DNA from: Opitutaceae bacterium
GTDB taxonomy: Bacteria > Verrucomicrobiota > Verrucomicrobiia > Opitutales > Coraliomargaritaceae
Direction of reading: 5' to 3'
NCBI GenBank assembly: GCA_051252375.1
Contig: JBPOFY010000002.1
Span: forward strand, 416,001 to 480,000
Length of the DNA: 64,000 nt
Shown: piece by piece, positions 8,883 to 21,884 of the stretch
How positions within the stretch are numbered: position 1 is the first letter of the stretch
Layout of the letters: each line of letters begins with the position of its first letter
The notes under the pieces: model-generated
The model's database searches: none
What the model was told of the DNA's origin: nothing
The model's input: the letters and a program-made list of their open reading frames with translations, nothing else
Program-made: the position numbers and the translations under genes

Positions 8883-9866
8883 CTACGCATGATCGATCGC
8901 GCTCAATTCCTCATCGCTAAAGGGAGCGGCTTCCAATCCCGCGAGTATATCTAGAATCTGCGCAGAGCGACTCGCCCCGATGAGTGCGGAAGTCACTGTC
9001 GAGCGTCGCAACACCCAAGATATAGCCATCTGAGCGAGGCTCTGACCACGGGCGAGCGCGATCTCGTTGAGCGTGCGCACTGTATTCATGGTCTGCTGGA
9101 CCTGTGCCTCTTGCAGGAAAGGGCTGTTCACATCTGCCGCGCGAGAATCGGCAGGGATCTCGGTGAGGTATTTATTGGTCAACATCCCTTGCGCCAACGG
9201 CGAGAAGACGATGGCACCGACTCCCGTTTCATCCAGCTCATCAAGGAGCCCGTCTTCGACCCAGCGGTCTAATATACTATAGCGGGGCTGATGGATCAGA
9301 CAGGGAGTGCCCAGCTCGCGGAGGATCTTTACGGCTTCTCTGAATTCAGTAGGACGGTAGTTGGACAGCCCGACATACAGCGCCTTGCCGGAGCGAACCG
9401 CGGTGTCCAGCGCGCCCATGGTTTCCTCTAAGGGCGTCTCAGGGTCTGGGCGATGACTGTAAAAAATATCGACATAATCGAGCCCCATGCGCTGCAAGCT
9501 CTGATCTAGGCTGGAGAGCATATACTTGCGCGAGCCCCACTCGCCATAAGGCCCCTCCCACATATGGTAGCCTGCCTTGGTCGAAATAATCAGTTCATCG
9601 CGATACGGTCGAAAATCCTGCGCAAAGATTTTGCCGAAGTTGCGCTCCGCCGAGCCGGGAGGCGGTCCATAGTTATTTGCGAGGTCGAAGTGCGTGATGC
9701 CGTTGTCGAAGGCGCAATGCAGCATCTCGCGGCTATTCTCGAAGTCATCCACATCGCCGAAGTTATGCCACAAGCCGATCGAGACAGGTGGCAGCTTCAA
9801 CCCACTACGACCACAGCGGTTGTAATCTATTTTAGTATATCGATTCGAGGCAGGTAAATAGGACAT
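8883..9866 (-). CDS. gpr: Aldo/keto reductase (L-glyceraldehyde-3-phosphate reductase, YghZ/Gpr-like)
   Basis: GLWHNFG, FDLANNYGPPPGSAE, STKAGY, YVDIFYSHRPDP. Confidence 0.9.
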   Translation of the reverse strand: MSYLPASNRYTKIDYNRCGRSGLKLPPVSIGLWHNFGDVDDFENSREMLHCAFDNGITHFDLANNYGPPPGSAERNFGKIFAQDFRPYRDELIISTKAGYHMWEGPYGEWGSRKYMLSSLDQSLQRMGLDYVDIFYSHRPDPETPLEETMGALDTAVRSGKALYVGLSNYRPTEFREAVKILRELGTPCLIHQPRYSILDRWVEDGLLDELDETGVGAIVFSPLAQGMLTNKYLTEIPADSRAADVNSPFLQEAQVQQTMNTVRTLNEIALARGQSLAQMAISWVLRRSTVTSALIGASRSAQILDILAGLEAAPFSDEELSAIDHA

Positions 9867-9953
9867 AATGAGCAAAATGGTAAAATCGCCTCGAGGTGCA
9901 ATCACACATAAAAAATTCGTGCAAGACGACCATTACCCAGTATAGTAATCGGT

Positions 9954-10415
9954 ATGCCAGCAGAAGTGATACGCAACCCGGGCGCGTTTGAACCGGTCAT
10001 TCAGTTTTCGATCCATGCCGATAACAAGGTGGGACGGTTGAACGAAATTATTGGACTACTCTCCGTGCATAATGTGCACATCATGGCGCTCTCGATTCTG
10101 GATACGACCGACAGCTCAATTATACGACTCATCGTCGACTATCCTCAAGAGGCCCAAAAGCTGCTGATCGAGCACCAGTTCTCGTTTGTCCAAAGTGAAT
10201 TGATCGCCGTTGAGCTGAAAGACGAGTCCGAGATCAAGACTGTGACCTCCGCACTCGTGCAGGCCGAAATCAACATCCACTACATCTACCCTTTCCTCGT
10301 TCGCCCGAATGACCGCTACGCACTTGCCATCAGTCTAGAGGATAACGACCTCGCCGCCGAGACATTGAAACGACACCAGCTCCGCATCATCGGCCAAGAA
10401 GACATCACACGATAG
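9954..10415 (+). CDS. Tandem ACT-domain protein
   Basis: [13 protein letters not shown]...NVHIMAL; second repeat INIHYIY. Confidence 0.8.
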   Translation: MPAEVIRNPGAFEPVIQFSIHADNKVGRLNEIIGLLSVHNVHIMALSILDTTDSSIIRLIVDYPQEAQKLLIEHQFSFVQSELIAVELKDESEIKTVTSALVQAEINIHYIYPFLVRPNDRYALAISLEDNDLAAETLKRHQLRIIGQEDITR

Positions 10416-10491
10416 CCTGAGCAGTGATTAAATTTTCCTATTTTGATGAGGAGACTTGCAGCGCATCCGGCAACTACACTTAATAGCCGAT

Positions 10492-11121
10492 ATGCCTCTC
10501 AAACGCTCACGCCCCAACACTGAGATTAAGTTCCAGAACGCCGTTCTAGAATTAGTCGCGACAGAGGGCTGTGCCGCGCTCGGCATCAATGTCGTCGCCC
10601 AAAAAGCCGGTGCCGACAAAGTCCTGATATACCGCTATTTTGGCGACTTAAACGGACTACTTGAGAGAGTGGCGGAAAGTCGCAGTTGGTTGCCCGCTGC
10701 CGAAGAAGTCTTAGCATCGGTCTCGCACCATCGCACCGACTGCACACGCTACCTCAAGGAACTCTTTCACTACATGGTGCAGCACATCCAAACGGATGCC
10801 ACCACACACCAACTCGTGCGCTGGCGCAAAGCCCATAAAAATCCGCTCACAAATCACTTCAGCGAAGAATGGCATAGTTTCTGGAAACAGCTCATCACGG
10901 AACTCGGTCGCAGCCTCGACCACGAACAAAAACTGGACTGGAAACACGCCTTCCACCTCATCGCATTATTGATCGAGTCAGAACTTTGCGACGAAGGCAT
11001 GGACTATGATTGCCTCGAAACCATCGCAGTGAACCTCAATGCACCGGAAGCCTACGAAGCCCCCGAGGGTCACATCGCCAGTGACGAGGAAGACGACCGC
11101 CTACCGACTAATTTACTTTAA
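10492..11121 (+). CDS. TetR/AcrR family regulator
   Basis: GINVVAQKAGADKVLIYRYFG helix-turn-helix. Confidence 0.85.
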   Translation: MPLKRSRPNTEIKFQNAVLELVATEGCAALGINVVAQKAGADKVLIYRYFGDLNGLLERVAESRSWLPAAEEVLASVSHHRTDCTRYLKELFHYMVQHIQTDATTHQLVRWRKAHKNPLTNHFSEEWHSFWKQLITELGRSLDHEQKLDWKHAFHLIALLIESELCDEGMDYDCLETIAVNLNAPEAYEAPEGHIASDEEDDRLPTNLL

Positions 11122-11136
11122 TACGCGAACGACCCT

Positions 11137-11931
11137 ATGAAAAACTATTTGGATCTTCTCCGCACGGTTCTTGAAACCGGCACCTACCGTGATGACCGGA
11201 CCGGCACAGGCACCTACTCCATCTTCGGCGCTCAAGCGCGTTTCTCACTCGATCCCGACTTTCCGCTGCTCACCACCAAGAAGCTGCACCTGCGCTCAAT
11301 CATCCACGAGCTGCTCTGGTTCCTAAAAGGTGAAACCAACATCAAATATCTGAAAGAAAACAAAGTCCGCATTTGGGATGAATGGGCCGACGACAATGGC
11401 GACCTTGGCCGCGTCTATGGCGCACAATGGACCGATTGGGCCGCCCCCAACGGCGAGCGCGTCAACCAGATCGCCGAAGTCATCGAATCGTTGACCAACA
11501 ATCCGGACAGCCGCCGCCACATCGTCTGCGCGTGGAATCCGGGTGAAATCAAACACATGGCGCTGCCACCCTGCCACGCCCTTTTTCAATTCTACGTCGC
11601 CAACGGCGAGCTCAGTTGCCAGCTCTACCAACGCAGTGCTGACATCTTTCTAGGCGTGCCTTTCAACATCGCTTCATACGCGCTGCTCACCCAAATGATC
11701 GCGCAAGTCTGCGGTCTAAAAGCTAAAGAATTCGTCCACACTTTCGGCGACCTCCACCTCTACGCCAACCATGTAGAGCAAGCCAAAGAGCAACTCTCTC
11801 GCGAACCGCGCCCGTTGCCACAGATGAAGCTCAATCCCGATGTCAAAACCATCGACGGCTTCACCTACGAAGACTTCGAACTCGTCAACTACGACCCCCT
11901 CCCCGCTATCAAAGCACCGATCGCAGTCTAA
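11137..11931 (+). CDS. thyA: Thymidylate synthase
   Basis: [28 protein letters not shown]. Confidence 0.98.
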   Translation: MKNYLDLLRTVLETGTYRDDRTGTGTYSIFGAQARFSLDPDFPLLTTKKLHLRSIIHELLWFLKGETNIKYLKENKVRIWDEWADDNGDLGRVYGAQWTDWAAPNGERVNQIAEVIESLTNNPDSRRHIVCAWNPGEIKHMALPPCHALFQFYVANGELSCQLYQRSADIFLGVPFNIASYALLTQMIAQVCGLKAKEFVHTFGDLHLYANHVEQAKEQLSREPRPLPQMKLNPDVKTIDGFTYEDFELVNYDPLPAIKAPIAV

Positions 11932-12007
11932 AGAACCAGACTTAATCCTCCCTTTAATGACAATAGATTAGGATTAAGAATAAGATTACGAGTAAGACCT
12001 ATTTATA

Positions 12008-12469
12008 ATGAACACCTACAAAGCCATTGCCGCCATGGCGGAAAATCGCGCCATCGGAAACGCCGGCGACATTCCATGGCACCTCCCGGAGGACTTTAAG
12101 TGGTTCAAGAAAACAACCATGGGCCAAATTCTGGTCATGGGGCGCAAGACTTACGAATCCATTGGGCGTCCACTCCCCGGTCGTGAAACCTTCGTGCTCA
12201 GTCGGCAACCACAATCCATTCCCGGTGTCCACAGTTTCACGGACCTAGAAATGCTGGATCACCTGCAAACAGATAAAACCATCTGGATCGCTGGTGGCGG
12301 TGAAATCTACCGCCAGATGCTCCCTCGCTGCGAAGAGCTTTACCTGACCCGCGTGCATCGCACCGTCGAAGGCGACGCCTTTTTTCCCGAATTCGAAGAT
12401 CAATTCAGCCTCAAAGAAATTATGCTTCAGAACGACGATTTCACCATCGAGCACTGGGTGCGCAACTAA
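12008..12469 (+). CDS. folA: Dihydrofolate reductase
   Basis: IPWHLPEDFKWFK, MGRKTYESIGRPLPGR, GDAFFP. Confidence 0.97.
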   Translation: MNTYKAIAAMAENRAIGNAGDIPWHLPEDFKWFKKTTMGQILVMGRKTYESIGRPLPGRETFVLSRQPQSIPGVHSFTDLEMLDHLQTDKTIWIAGGGEIYRQMLPRCEELYLTRVHRTVEGDAFFPEFEDQFSLKEIMLQNDDFTIEHWVRN

Positions 12470-12478
12470 ACGATCACC

Positions 12479-13201
12479 ATGAAAACCACATACTTTGTCA
12501 CCGCCTTACTCCTCATCGTCGCTACAGTCTGCAGTGCAGATATCCGCACTTGGACAGACACGCAGGGACGCTCGATGGAAGCCGAGTTTGTTCGCGTCGA
12601 TGGCGATAAAGTCAGCTTTCAAAAGCCCGACGGCATGCGCTACGGTTTCCCCCTAGCCCAACTGTCACAGGCTGACAAAGATTACATCAAAAGCCTCAAC
12701 GAATCCGACAGTAACGCCGGTAGCGAAGCCGCCACTGCACTCGAGGAAAGTGAGCTGGCCGAGTGGTTAGACAAAAATCTAGTCGCGGTGAACGGCAAAA
12801 AAGTCGCGCGCCTCGGAGAAAGCCACCTCCCACAAGCAGAATATATTGCCATCTATTATTCCGCGTCTTGGTGCCCACCTTGCCGTAAATTCACCCCTGT
12901 GCTCGTCGATTTCTACAACGAACAGCGCGCAAAACATGACAATTTTGAATTGGTCTATGTCAGTTCTGACAGGGCTGAAGAAGCCCAAGAGAAATACATG
13001 CTCGACGATAAGATGCCTTGGCCAGCCGTAAAATTCAGCAAAGCGAAAGACAAAATGGCCAAACAGTATTCTGGTTCCGGCATCCCTTGTCTCGTATTAC
13101 TCGATCGCCAAGGCAATGTCCTCAAACACAGCTACGTGGACGGTAAATATGTCGGTCCTACAGTCGTCATGAACGAACTAGGCAAACTGCTGGGCAAATA
13201 A
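12479..13201 (+). CDS. Secreted SHD1-like domain plus nucleoredoxin-like thioredoxin
   Basis: RTWTDTQGRSMEAEF...LSQAD; SASWCPPCR. Confidence 0.85.
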   Translation: MKTTYFVTALLLIVATVCSADIRTWTDTQGRSMEAEFVRVDGDKVSFQKPDGMRYGFPLAQLSQADKDYIKSLNESDSNAGSEAATALEESELAEWLDKNLVAVNGKKVARLGESHLPQAEYIAIYYSASWCPPCRKFTPVLVDFYNEQRAKHDNFELVYVSSDRAEEAQEKYMLDDKMPWPAVKFSKAKDKMAKQYSGSGIPCLVLLDRQGNVLKHSYVDGKYVGPTVVMNELGKLLGK

Positions 13202-13230
13202 GCCCCTAGCGAACGACTCCGCGTTGAAAG

Positions 13231-13323
13231 GTAGCGGCGATGGTCCCCATCGCCACACGTCTGAGCTGCTCAACCTAATTCGGAGCGAAAATATGTAATG
13301 GCGGTCGGGACGACCGCCCCTAC
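13231..13323. repeat. GTAG REP doublet
   Basis: GTAGCGGCGATGGTCCCCATCGCC...GGCGGTCGGGACGACCGCCCCTAC, between convergent genes. Confidence 0.75.
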
Positions 13324-13339
13324 CTCTCTACTACCATAA

Positions 13340-13666
13340 CTACTCCGACTTCGAAGGTGCCCCTGCAACATACAGCAGGAAGAGCACATTCACACCTGGC
13401 ACCAGCATAAGCAGGCTGAAATAGGCAGCTTTGCCCATATCACGCAGGCGCTTCAACAACTGCATCAGCCCAATAAAGCAACAAATCAATGCGGCCACGA
13501 TCGTCAAGAAGATGGCCAAGGTCCCGAATGTTCCGTGATGCCAATGCGCGAAAAAGCGCGATGCCGCTTCGTAAACCGCAAAAACTAGCACCGCCAGAAT
13601 GACGATACGAAGGATAAAGGAGAAACGACCGAGGCGGCCTTCAGAACTGATAAGACTTTCTTTCAT
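13340..13666 (-). CDS. DUF805 family membrane protein
   Basis: EGRLGRFSF, KRLRDMG, LVPGVN. Confidence 0.85.
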   Translation of the reverse strand: MKESLISSEGRLGRFSFILRIVILAVLVFAVYEAASRFFAHWHHGTFGTLAIFLTIVAALICCFIGLMQLLKRLRDMGKAAYFSLLMLVPGVNVLFLLYVAGAPSKSE

Positions 13667-13830
13667 GTGTGTGCAAAAAGGTTAATACCGCAGATGTTTA
13701 CGAAAGACCGCCGGATCGCAATAAAAACCTGCAAGCTATAATTTGTTTTGCAGCCACGCCCTCCTGCTTCACAAAATACACCTGTATCTCGTATCTCGTA
13801 TCCCACATCTAGCATCCCGTATCCCACTGC

Positions 13831-15618
13831 ATGTCCTCCATCCGTATTCTGTCCGACCGAGTCGCCAATCAAATCGCCGCTGGCGAGGTGATTGAGCGCC
13901 CTGTCGCAGTGGTCAAGGAACTGATCGAGAATAGCATCGATGCCGGTGCCACACGGATCGAGGTCGAGTTTCGCAACGGTGGCAAATCCTACATACGGAT
14001 CGAGGACAACGGCAAAGGCATGAGCCCCGACGAGGCCTCGCTTTCGCTCGAACGGCACGCCACCAGTAAAATCCGTGAAGCGTCCGACCTCAACGAAGTC
14101 TCCAGCTTTGGTTTTCGCGGTGAAGCCCTGCCCTCGATCGCTTCGGTTTCCAAGTTTACCATGCGCACCCGCACCGAAGGCTGGGACCATGGCACCGAAA
14201 TTCTAATCAACGGCGGCAAACTGATCGAAAAAAAGGAATGCGGCATGCCCATCGGCACCGTGATCGAAGTCGCCAACCTATTTAACTCAGTCCCCGCCCG
14301 ACGCAAATTCCTCAAGACCGACCCCACCGAAACGGCCCACATCACCTACAACACACGCCTGTTTGCGGTGGCCCACCCCAATGTCGCATTCCGTGTGCTG
14401 GAAAATGGGCGAACTGTATTTCAATCACCCGCCTGTGAAAACCTGCGCGACCGCATCGCCGAAATATGGGGACGCGCGCTAGCCGATGACCTCATGCCTG
14501 TCGATGTGACCGATGCCAAACGTGGCTTTCGCCTCACTGGACTGACCGCCAAACCCGGCGTAGGTCGCTCGACTCGCCGTGAGCTCGTAACACTCGTCAA
14601 TCGCCGACCCGTCGATAGCCGCACACTCGGCTTTGCCGTGCTCGACGCGTATCATGGCCGCATACAAAAAGGCCGCTACCCGCCCGCCTTTCTCTTTCTC
14701 GAGATCCAACCGCAGGACGTCGACGTCAACGTCCACCCCGCCAAACGCGAAGTGCGCTTCCGCGATGATGGTGCGGTGCGCCGCTTCGTGCTTAGTGCCG
14801 TGGCCGACACCCTGGCTGCAGCACGACCCAGTGCCAGCCAAGCACCAGTAGAGCCACCGACACAAACCGAAGCCATTCGCCCCAAGCCAGCGCCTGCCAT
14901 CGCTCAAACAACTGCCCCGAGCCCACGGTCGACATCCGCTCTACGCCCCGCAGCAGCGACGGCTACCCAGCCGGTAGCCTCCGTCATCTCGACACCCGCA
15001 GCAGAACCAAAGAAAGCCGCACCTGCCGCCGCCAAAGCGCCAGAATGGCAATTCATACGCCGCCTGAAGCAACGCTACGCACTCTTTGAAACGCCACGCG
15101 GACTCGTGATGCTGCACCTCCGACATGCCGACCAGCGCGTGCGCTTCGAGCGCATCTGTAAAGACTTCAAACAGGAAAGCGTCCCCAGCCAACGCTTGCT
15201 CATTCCCACTACCATCGAATTTGAACCACTGGCTTCCGAAGCGCTGAACCAACAACTCGATTTGCTCAATCAACAAGGCTTTGAAATCGAAGCCTTCGGT
15301 CGACACTTCTATCGCGTCGGCGCACTCCCTGCTTGGCTGGCCGAAGAACAAGCCGAGAGCTTCATCCGCGACCTCGTCGATATGATCCGTCAACGTGGCG
15401 ACCTGCGCAAACAATCCGAAATCGCTTGGCAAGCCATCGCCCGCCTCGCCGTCGAAGGCAGCCACCAGCGCAGCGATGCAATCGCCGACGCGAGCATCCA
15501 ACAATTGGCAAACGACCTGCTAGCTTGCGAAACACCGCACACCTCTCCCTTCGGTAAACCGACTTTCAGCGAAATCAGCTGGAACGAATGGAGTCGCCGT
15601 TTAGGCGGAGAAGGATAA
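13831..15618 (+). CDS. mutL: DNA mismatch repair protein MutL
   Basis: [30 protein letters not shown]. Confidence 0.97.
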   Translation: MSSIRILSDRVANQIAAGEVIERPVAVVKELIENSIDAGATRIEVEFRNGGKSYIRIEDNGKGMSPDEASLSLERHATSKIREASDLNEVSSFGFRGEALPSIASVSKFTMRTRTEGWDHGTEILINGGKLIEKKECGMPIGTVIEVANLFNSVPARRKFLKTDPTETAHITYNTRLFAVAHPNVAFRVLENGRTVFQSPACENLRDRIAEIWGRALADDLMPVDVTDAKRGFRLTGLTAKPGVGRSTRRELVTLVNRRPVDSRTLGFAVLDAYHGRIQKGRYPPAFLFLEIQPQDVDVNVHPAKREVRFRDDGAVRRFVLSAVADTLAAARPSASQAPVEPPTQTEAIRPKPAPAIAQTTAPSPRSTSALRPAAATATQPVASVISTPAAEPKKAAPAAAKAPEWQFIRRLKQRYALFETPRGLVMLHLRHADQRVRFERICKDFKQESVPSQRLLIPTTIEFEPLASEALNQQLDLLNQQGFEIEAFGRHFYRVGALPAWLAEEQAESFIRDLVDMIRQRGDLRKQSEIAWQAIARLAVEGSHQRSDAIADASIQQLANDLLACETPHTSPFGKPTFSEISWNEWSRRLGGEG

Positions 15619-15673
15619 GTTCAAAAAGCAAAACCCCTTACTTTCACCCTCACACTCACTTCAACTTCCCTAA

Positions 15674-16981
15674 ATGCCCGCTGAGCGCCCAACATTTAAA
15701 GAATGGCAGACCCTTGCCTCGGAATCTCCCGAGCGAGTCGTCGATCAATTCTTGGGCAAGCTAGAGCTCATCACAGCAGAGAGTTCCAGGGCAATGATTG
15801 CCTCGCATTTTGATCGCGAGCGGACGCTCTCGGCGCTCAAAGCATCTTGCGCTCTAGAGGATGCCCCCCTGTCGGGCGTGCCTTACATACTGCAGGACCT
15901 CTTCGACGTCACCGGGCTACCAACCAAATGCGGTGCACCTTTTGATGAACCTTTCCTACCACCACTCGAACAATCCAGCTTACTGTATCAGAAACTGAAT
16001 ACACTCGGTGGTGTTTTCTTTGCCAAGTCCGTCCCCGCTGAATTCGGAATCGATATGCGCGGGCTCAACCCTACTTTCGGCGACTGCCCCCATGCCGACA
16101 GCCTACGCTACGTCTGCGGTGGCGGAGCTGGTGCCTCCATACATGCCGTCGCAGAAGGTTGGGCACCGATAGCGTTCGGGCTCGATACCACTGGCGGCAT
16201 TCGCATACCCGCAGCATTCCACGGACTTTTCGGCTTTCGCATGGGCACCAATGATTTCGCCCGCGAAGGCGTTTTCCCTATCGTGCCATCCATCGAAGCC
16301 GTCGGCTTCGCCACGGCCCATTGCGAAGACCTGCTCGCCGCATTCAAAGCCTTGCACCGCATCCCGATTTCCATCGAAGGTCCCAAAGTGGCACGCGGCT
16401 ATTTACTCACCGATCTTGCCGGCCCCCTCGAACCTTCACTGAAGGCCGGCATTATGCAGTTGCTTCGCGAACTCAACATCGATGACGAGCCCAGCACCCG
16501 TCGACGTTTACTCGACGCCTTTGCTCGTGGCGGACAAGCACTCTCCGTCATCGAAAGCCGCGAACTCTACTCGATCCATAAATATTGGATCGAAGAATAC
16601 GGCGAGCTCTACGCCCCCTCCGCAATGCAACGCATTCAGCAAGGTCGTGACTGCAGTGCCGCGGATGCCGAAAAAGCGATTCTCATTCAACAATGGATAC
16701 GCGCTAGCCTCACTGAATTTTTCGTCGATCACGATTATCTCGTCATCCCAATCTGCACGACACCAAGCCCCGAGAAAACGATCTGGAGCCCCGATCTGGA
16801 GCGCGACCTGCAGCAGCTAAATGCTCCCGCCAGCCTGTCTTTCCTCCCTGCGATGATTCTTCCTGTCCACTGCAACAAAGGTCTCCACGGCGCGGTTCAA
16901 ATTATCATCCACCCAAGAAAACTCCACTGCGTTCCACAGATCATCGAAAAAGTAACGAAGTATTACGCAATCGAAGAGTAG
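15674..16981 (+). CDS. Amidase-signature family protein with degenerate catalytic motifs
   Basis: PLSGVPYILQDLF, GGGAGAS, FGLDTTGGIRIPAAFHGLFG. Confidence 0.8.
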   Translation: MPAERPTFKEWQTLASESPERVVDQFLGKLELITAESSRAMIASHFDRERTLSALKASCALEDAPLSGVPYILQDLFDVTGLPTKCGAPFDEPFLPPLEQSSLLYQKLNTLGGVFFAKSVPAEFGIDMRGLNPTFGDCPHADSLRYVCGGGAGASIHAVAEGWAPIAFGLDTTGGIRIPAAFHGLFGFRMGTNDFAREGVFPIVPSIEAVGFATAHCEDLLAAFKALHRIPISIEGPKVARGYLLTDLAGPLEPSLKAGIMQLLRELNIDDEPSTRRRLLDAFARGGQALSVIESRELYSIHKYWIEEYGELYAPSAMQRIQQGRDCSAADAEKAILIQQWIRASLTEFFVDHDYLVIPICTTPSPEKTIWSPDLERDLQQLNAPASLSFLPAMILPVHCNKGLHGAVQIIIHPRKLHCVPQIIEKVTKYYAIEE

Positions 16982-17014
16982 AGTAAATAATTGGCCCCAC
17001 AAAGGAGCCGAAAA

Positions 17015-17305
17015 CTATTCTTCCTCGTCTTCAGACTTCTTGTTGTCGCGATCACGATCACGCTCTTTGGCGACATTGACCGCCAATGCACGACCAGCGA
17101 CTTCTTGACCATCTAATTGGCGAATCGCTTCTTGCCCGGCAGCCTCATCGACCATGGTGACAAAACCGAAACCACGAGGGCGGCCACCACCTGGACGCGT
17201 CACAATGATCGCGTCTTCAACCTCACCGGTTTGTGAGAAGATCTCCTTGAGATCTTCAGCAGTGGCATCGAAAGATAAGTTTCCTACGTAAAGTCGAACG
17301 GACAT
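17015..17305 (-). CDS. RRM RNA-binding protein
   Basis: LYVGNL (RNP2) and RGFGFV (RNP1). Confidence 0.93.
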   Translation of the reverse strand: MSVRLYVGNLSFDATAEDLKEIFSQTGEVEDAIIVTRPGGGRPRGFGFVTMVDEAAGQEAIRQLDGQEVAGRALAVNVAKERDRDRDNKKSEDEEE

Positions 17306-17428
17306 AGTATAAATGGATAATAGTTAAGATAGAGTAGCTAAAGGATGAGGAAAGCGGATGAACCGCCCCGCTGACAATCATTAATTAAAAGCGATTGAGA
17401 TTTGCCAAAGTGACTGGACAGAGCTTGC

Positions 17429-19210
<1,782 letters not shown>

Positions 19211-19254
19211 ATAAATTAATCAATGGATATCGGCCCCAAGAATCACCTGTATTG

Positions 19255-19281
19255 GTAGGGATCGTTATCCTTAACGATCCG
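19255..19281 (+). repeat. GTAG REP 5' of RAYT
   Basis: GTAGGGATCGTTATCCTTAACGATCCG. Confidence 0.9.
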
Positions 19282-19346
19282 CCGTCGTCCTAGCCCAGCA
19301 AACACTCGACCTTGACGAAATCGCTCAGTTAAACCATGTAAAACAC

Positions 19347-19793
19347 ATGTCTTTACCAAGTCGCAAGCAACTGCCACACGACATACCAGACTGGGTTCAA
19401 GATGGAGCCCCTTATTTCATCACTTTCAATTGCGAACCACGAAAAGTGAACCAACTAGCGAATCCAGAAACGTTCCGATCCATCCAAAACGCAGCGGCGC
19501 ACTATACCGCGCAAAACTTGTGGCACCTACAAATCATGATGGTCATGCCCGACCACATTCACCTTTTATGCTCTCTAAACACCCGAACTAAAAGCATCAA
19601 AACCATTATTGGCGGCTGGAAACGATATCTTGCCAAAGCAAATGCGATTAAGTGGCAAAGTAACTTCTTCGAGCATCGAATACGCCATGAAGATGAACTT
19701 TCAGAAAAATTCGCCTACATCAAAAATAACCCCGTGCGCGCAAAACTATGCGATTCGGCGACCGACTGGCCGTATAGCATAAGTAACTGCTAG
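19347..19793 (+). mobile_element. rayT: REP-associated tyrosine transposase (RAYT/TnpAREP, Y1 HUH)
   Basis: YFITF, MPDHIHLL (HUH), WQSNFFEHRIR, YIKNNPVRAKL; flanked by inverted GTAG REPs. Confidence 0.92.
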
Positions 19794-19848
19794 AGAGAAA
19801 TATAACTCAGTAAAACCCCAAGCATTCAGCATTTATTTGCAACATCTG

Positions 19849-19875
19849 CGGCACGATAAGGATATCGTGCCCTAC
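19849..19875 (-). repeat. GTAG REP 3' of RAYT
   Basis: Minus strand GTAGGGCACGATATCCTTATCGTGCCG; stem covaries with the 5' copy. Confidence 0.9.
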
Positions 19876-20019
19876 CTTTCTCAGATTACACCGAGGAATC
19901 TATGCTCAGGAATCGTCTTCCGTGCTTGATTTGATGGCGTTTTACTGTCTTTTTCCTTCCCCTTCCACGCGGGCGCTGCCGTCCGCACATCGAACACAAC
20001 GCAAAACTACCACATCACA

Positions 20020-21804
20020 ATGAAAACCGAAAAAGCAATCGACTTCCCTAAGCAGGACGAAATTGGCCCCGAAATGAAGGGTGCTGACGTCTTGGTCGCC
20101 TCTCTTGAGCGCGAGGGTGTGGATGTGGTCTTCGCCTATCCTGGTGGCGCGTCGATGGAGCTGCACCAATCCCTGACTAAGAGCACAAAGATCCGCACCA
20201 TCCTGCCTCGCTTCGAGCAAGGTGGTGGTTTCATGGCTCACGGCTATGCCCGTGCCACTGGTAAAGCCAGCGTCTGCATGGCCACTTCCGGCCCTGGTGC
20301 GACCAATCTGGTCACTTGTATCGCCGATGCTTACATGGACAGCATCCCTTTGATCGCGATCACCGGTCAGGTGTATCAACAGTTCATCGGTAAAACCGCT
20401 TTCCAAGAAACCGACTTCTTCGGCATGACGCTTCCGATCGTGAAGCACAGTTTCCTCGTTCTCGATAAGGAAGACCTGCCACGTGTCGTCAAAGAAGCCT
20501 TCCACATTGCGACCACTGGTCGCCCTGGCCCCGTCGTGATCGACATCCCTAAGGATGTCCAACAAGCGATCTACGCACCGACTTTTCCTGCCGAGATTGA
20601 TATCCCTGGCTACAAGATCGAATCCACCAAGCCAGAAGCAACCGACGCAGAGTTGCTCAACGTGCTTGATTTGATCAGCGGTGCCGAGCGCCCTGTTCTT
20701 TATATCGGCGGCGGTATCATTTCTGCCGAGGCACACCTCGAACTCCGCGAGTTTGCTGAAGTCACTGGTTTGCCAGTGGCCTCGACCCTCATGGGGCTAG
20801 GAGCCTTCGACGCCGAGCACCCACAATCACTCTACTGGTTCGGCATGCACGGCACTGTTGCTGGCAACTGGGCAGTTTGCGATAGCGACATCCTCATCTG
20901 CGCCGGCGCTCGTTTCGATGACCGTATCACAGGTCTCGTTTCCAAGTTCGCACCCGATTCCGAAATCGTTCACATCGATATCGACGTTTCCGAGCACAAT
21001 AAGAACAAGCGCGTCAAACACCCGATCCACTCAGACATTAAATACGCACTCAAGCGTATGACTGAGCTCGTGAAGGCCGGTAAATTCAAAAAGCCCGACC
21101 TCAGCGCTTGGTTCAAAACCATCAACGGCTGGAAAGAGGAGTATCCTTTCTCTTACGACAAGACTGGGCACATCACTCAACAAGAAGCGATCGAAACACT
21201 CTACGAAGTCACTAAGGGCGATGCCATCATCACGACTGGTGTTGGACAGCACCAAATGTGGGCTGCCCAGTTCTTCAAGTTCCGCGAGCCACGCACTTAC
21301 ATCAGCTCCCTCGGTCTAGGCACGATGGGCTTCGGTCTCCCCGCTGCGATCGGTGCGAAGGTGGCCTTCCCTGATCGCTTGGTGGTCAACATCGACGGCG
21401 ACGGTTGCTTCATGATGAACATCCAGGAGCTCGCCACTGCCAAGATTGAGAAGATCAACGCCAAGACAATCATCCTGAACAACCAACACCTCGGCATGGT
21501 GGTTCAATGGGAAGACCTTCTCTACGAAAGTGTCCGTGGCCAAACCGTCCTTTGCGACAAGGACAACATCGGCGGTCCAGATAACATCGACGCCATCTAT
21601 CCGGACTTCGTTAAGATCTCCGAAGGTTTCGGCGTTGCCGGCAAGCGCGTCGTAAAACGCGAAGACCTCCGCGGCGCGATTGAAGAAATGATCGCTCACG
21701 ACGGACCTTACGTCCTCGAAGTTATCGTTCCTTACACCGAGCACGTTTTGCCAATGATCAAGCAAGGTCTCGGCGCTAAGGAAATCTTAATCAAATCCGA
21801 GTAA
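20020..21804 (+). CDS. ilvB: Acetolactate synthase large subunit
   Basis: [29 protein letters not shown]...NN TPP motif. Confidence 0.95.
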   Translation: MKTEKAIDFPKQDEIGPEMKGADVLVASLEREGVDVVFAYPGGASMELHQSLTKSTKIRTILPRFEQGGGFMAHGYARATGKASVCMATSGPGATNLVTCIADAYMDSIPLIAITGQVYQQFIGKTAFQETDFFGMTLPIVKHSFLVLDKEDLPRVVKEAFHIATTGRPGPVVIDIPKDVQQAIYAPTFPAEIDIPGYKIESTKPEATDAELLNVLDLISGAERPVLYIGGGIISAEAHLELREFAEVTGLPVASTLMGLGAFDAEHPQSLYWFGMHGTVAGNWAVCDSDILICAGARFDDRITGLVSKFAPDSEIVHIDIDVSEHNKNKRVKHPIHSDIKYALKRMTELVKAGKFKKPDLSAWFKTINGWKEEYPFSYDKTGHITQQEAIETLYEVTKGDAIITTGVGQHQMWAAQFFKFREPRTYISSLGLGTMGFGLPAAIGAKVAFPDRLVVNIDGDGCFMMNIQELATAKIEKINAKTIILNNQHLGMVVQWEDLLYESVRGQTVLCDKDNIGGPDNIDAIYPDFVKISEGFGVAGKRVVKREDLRGAIEEMIAHDGPYVLEVIVPYTEHVLPMIKQGLGAKEILIKSE

Positions 21805-21823
21805 TCGGTTCGCAATTTGCTTT

Positions 21824-21861
21824 ATGCGTATTCCCCCTACGTGGGGAATACGCATTTTTTT
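21824..21861 (+). terminator. Rho-independent terminator
   Basis: ATGCGTATTCCCC-loop-GGGGAATACGCAT followed by a T run. Confidence 0.85.
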
Positions 21862-21884
21862 GAACACATAGCTCCCTCATTATC

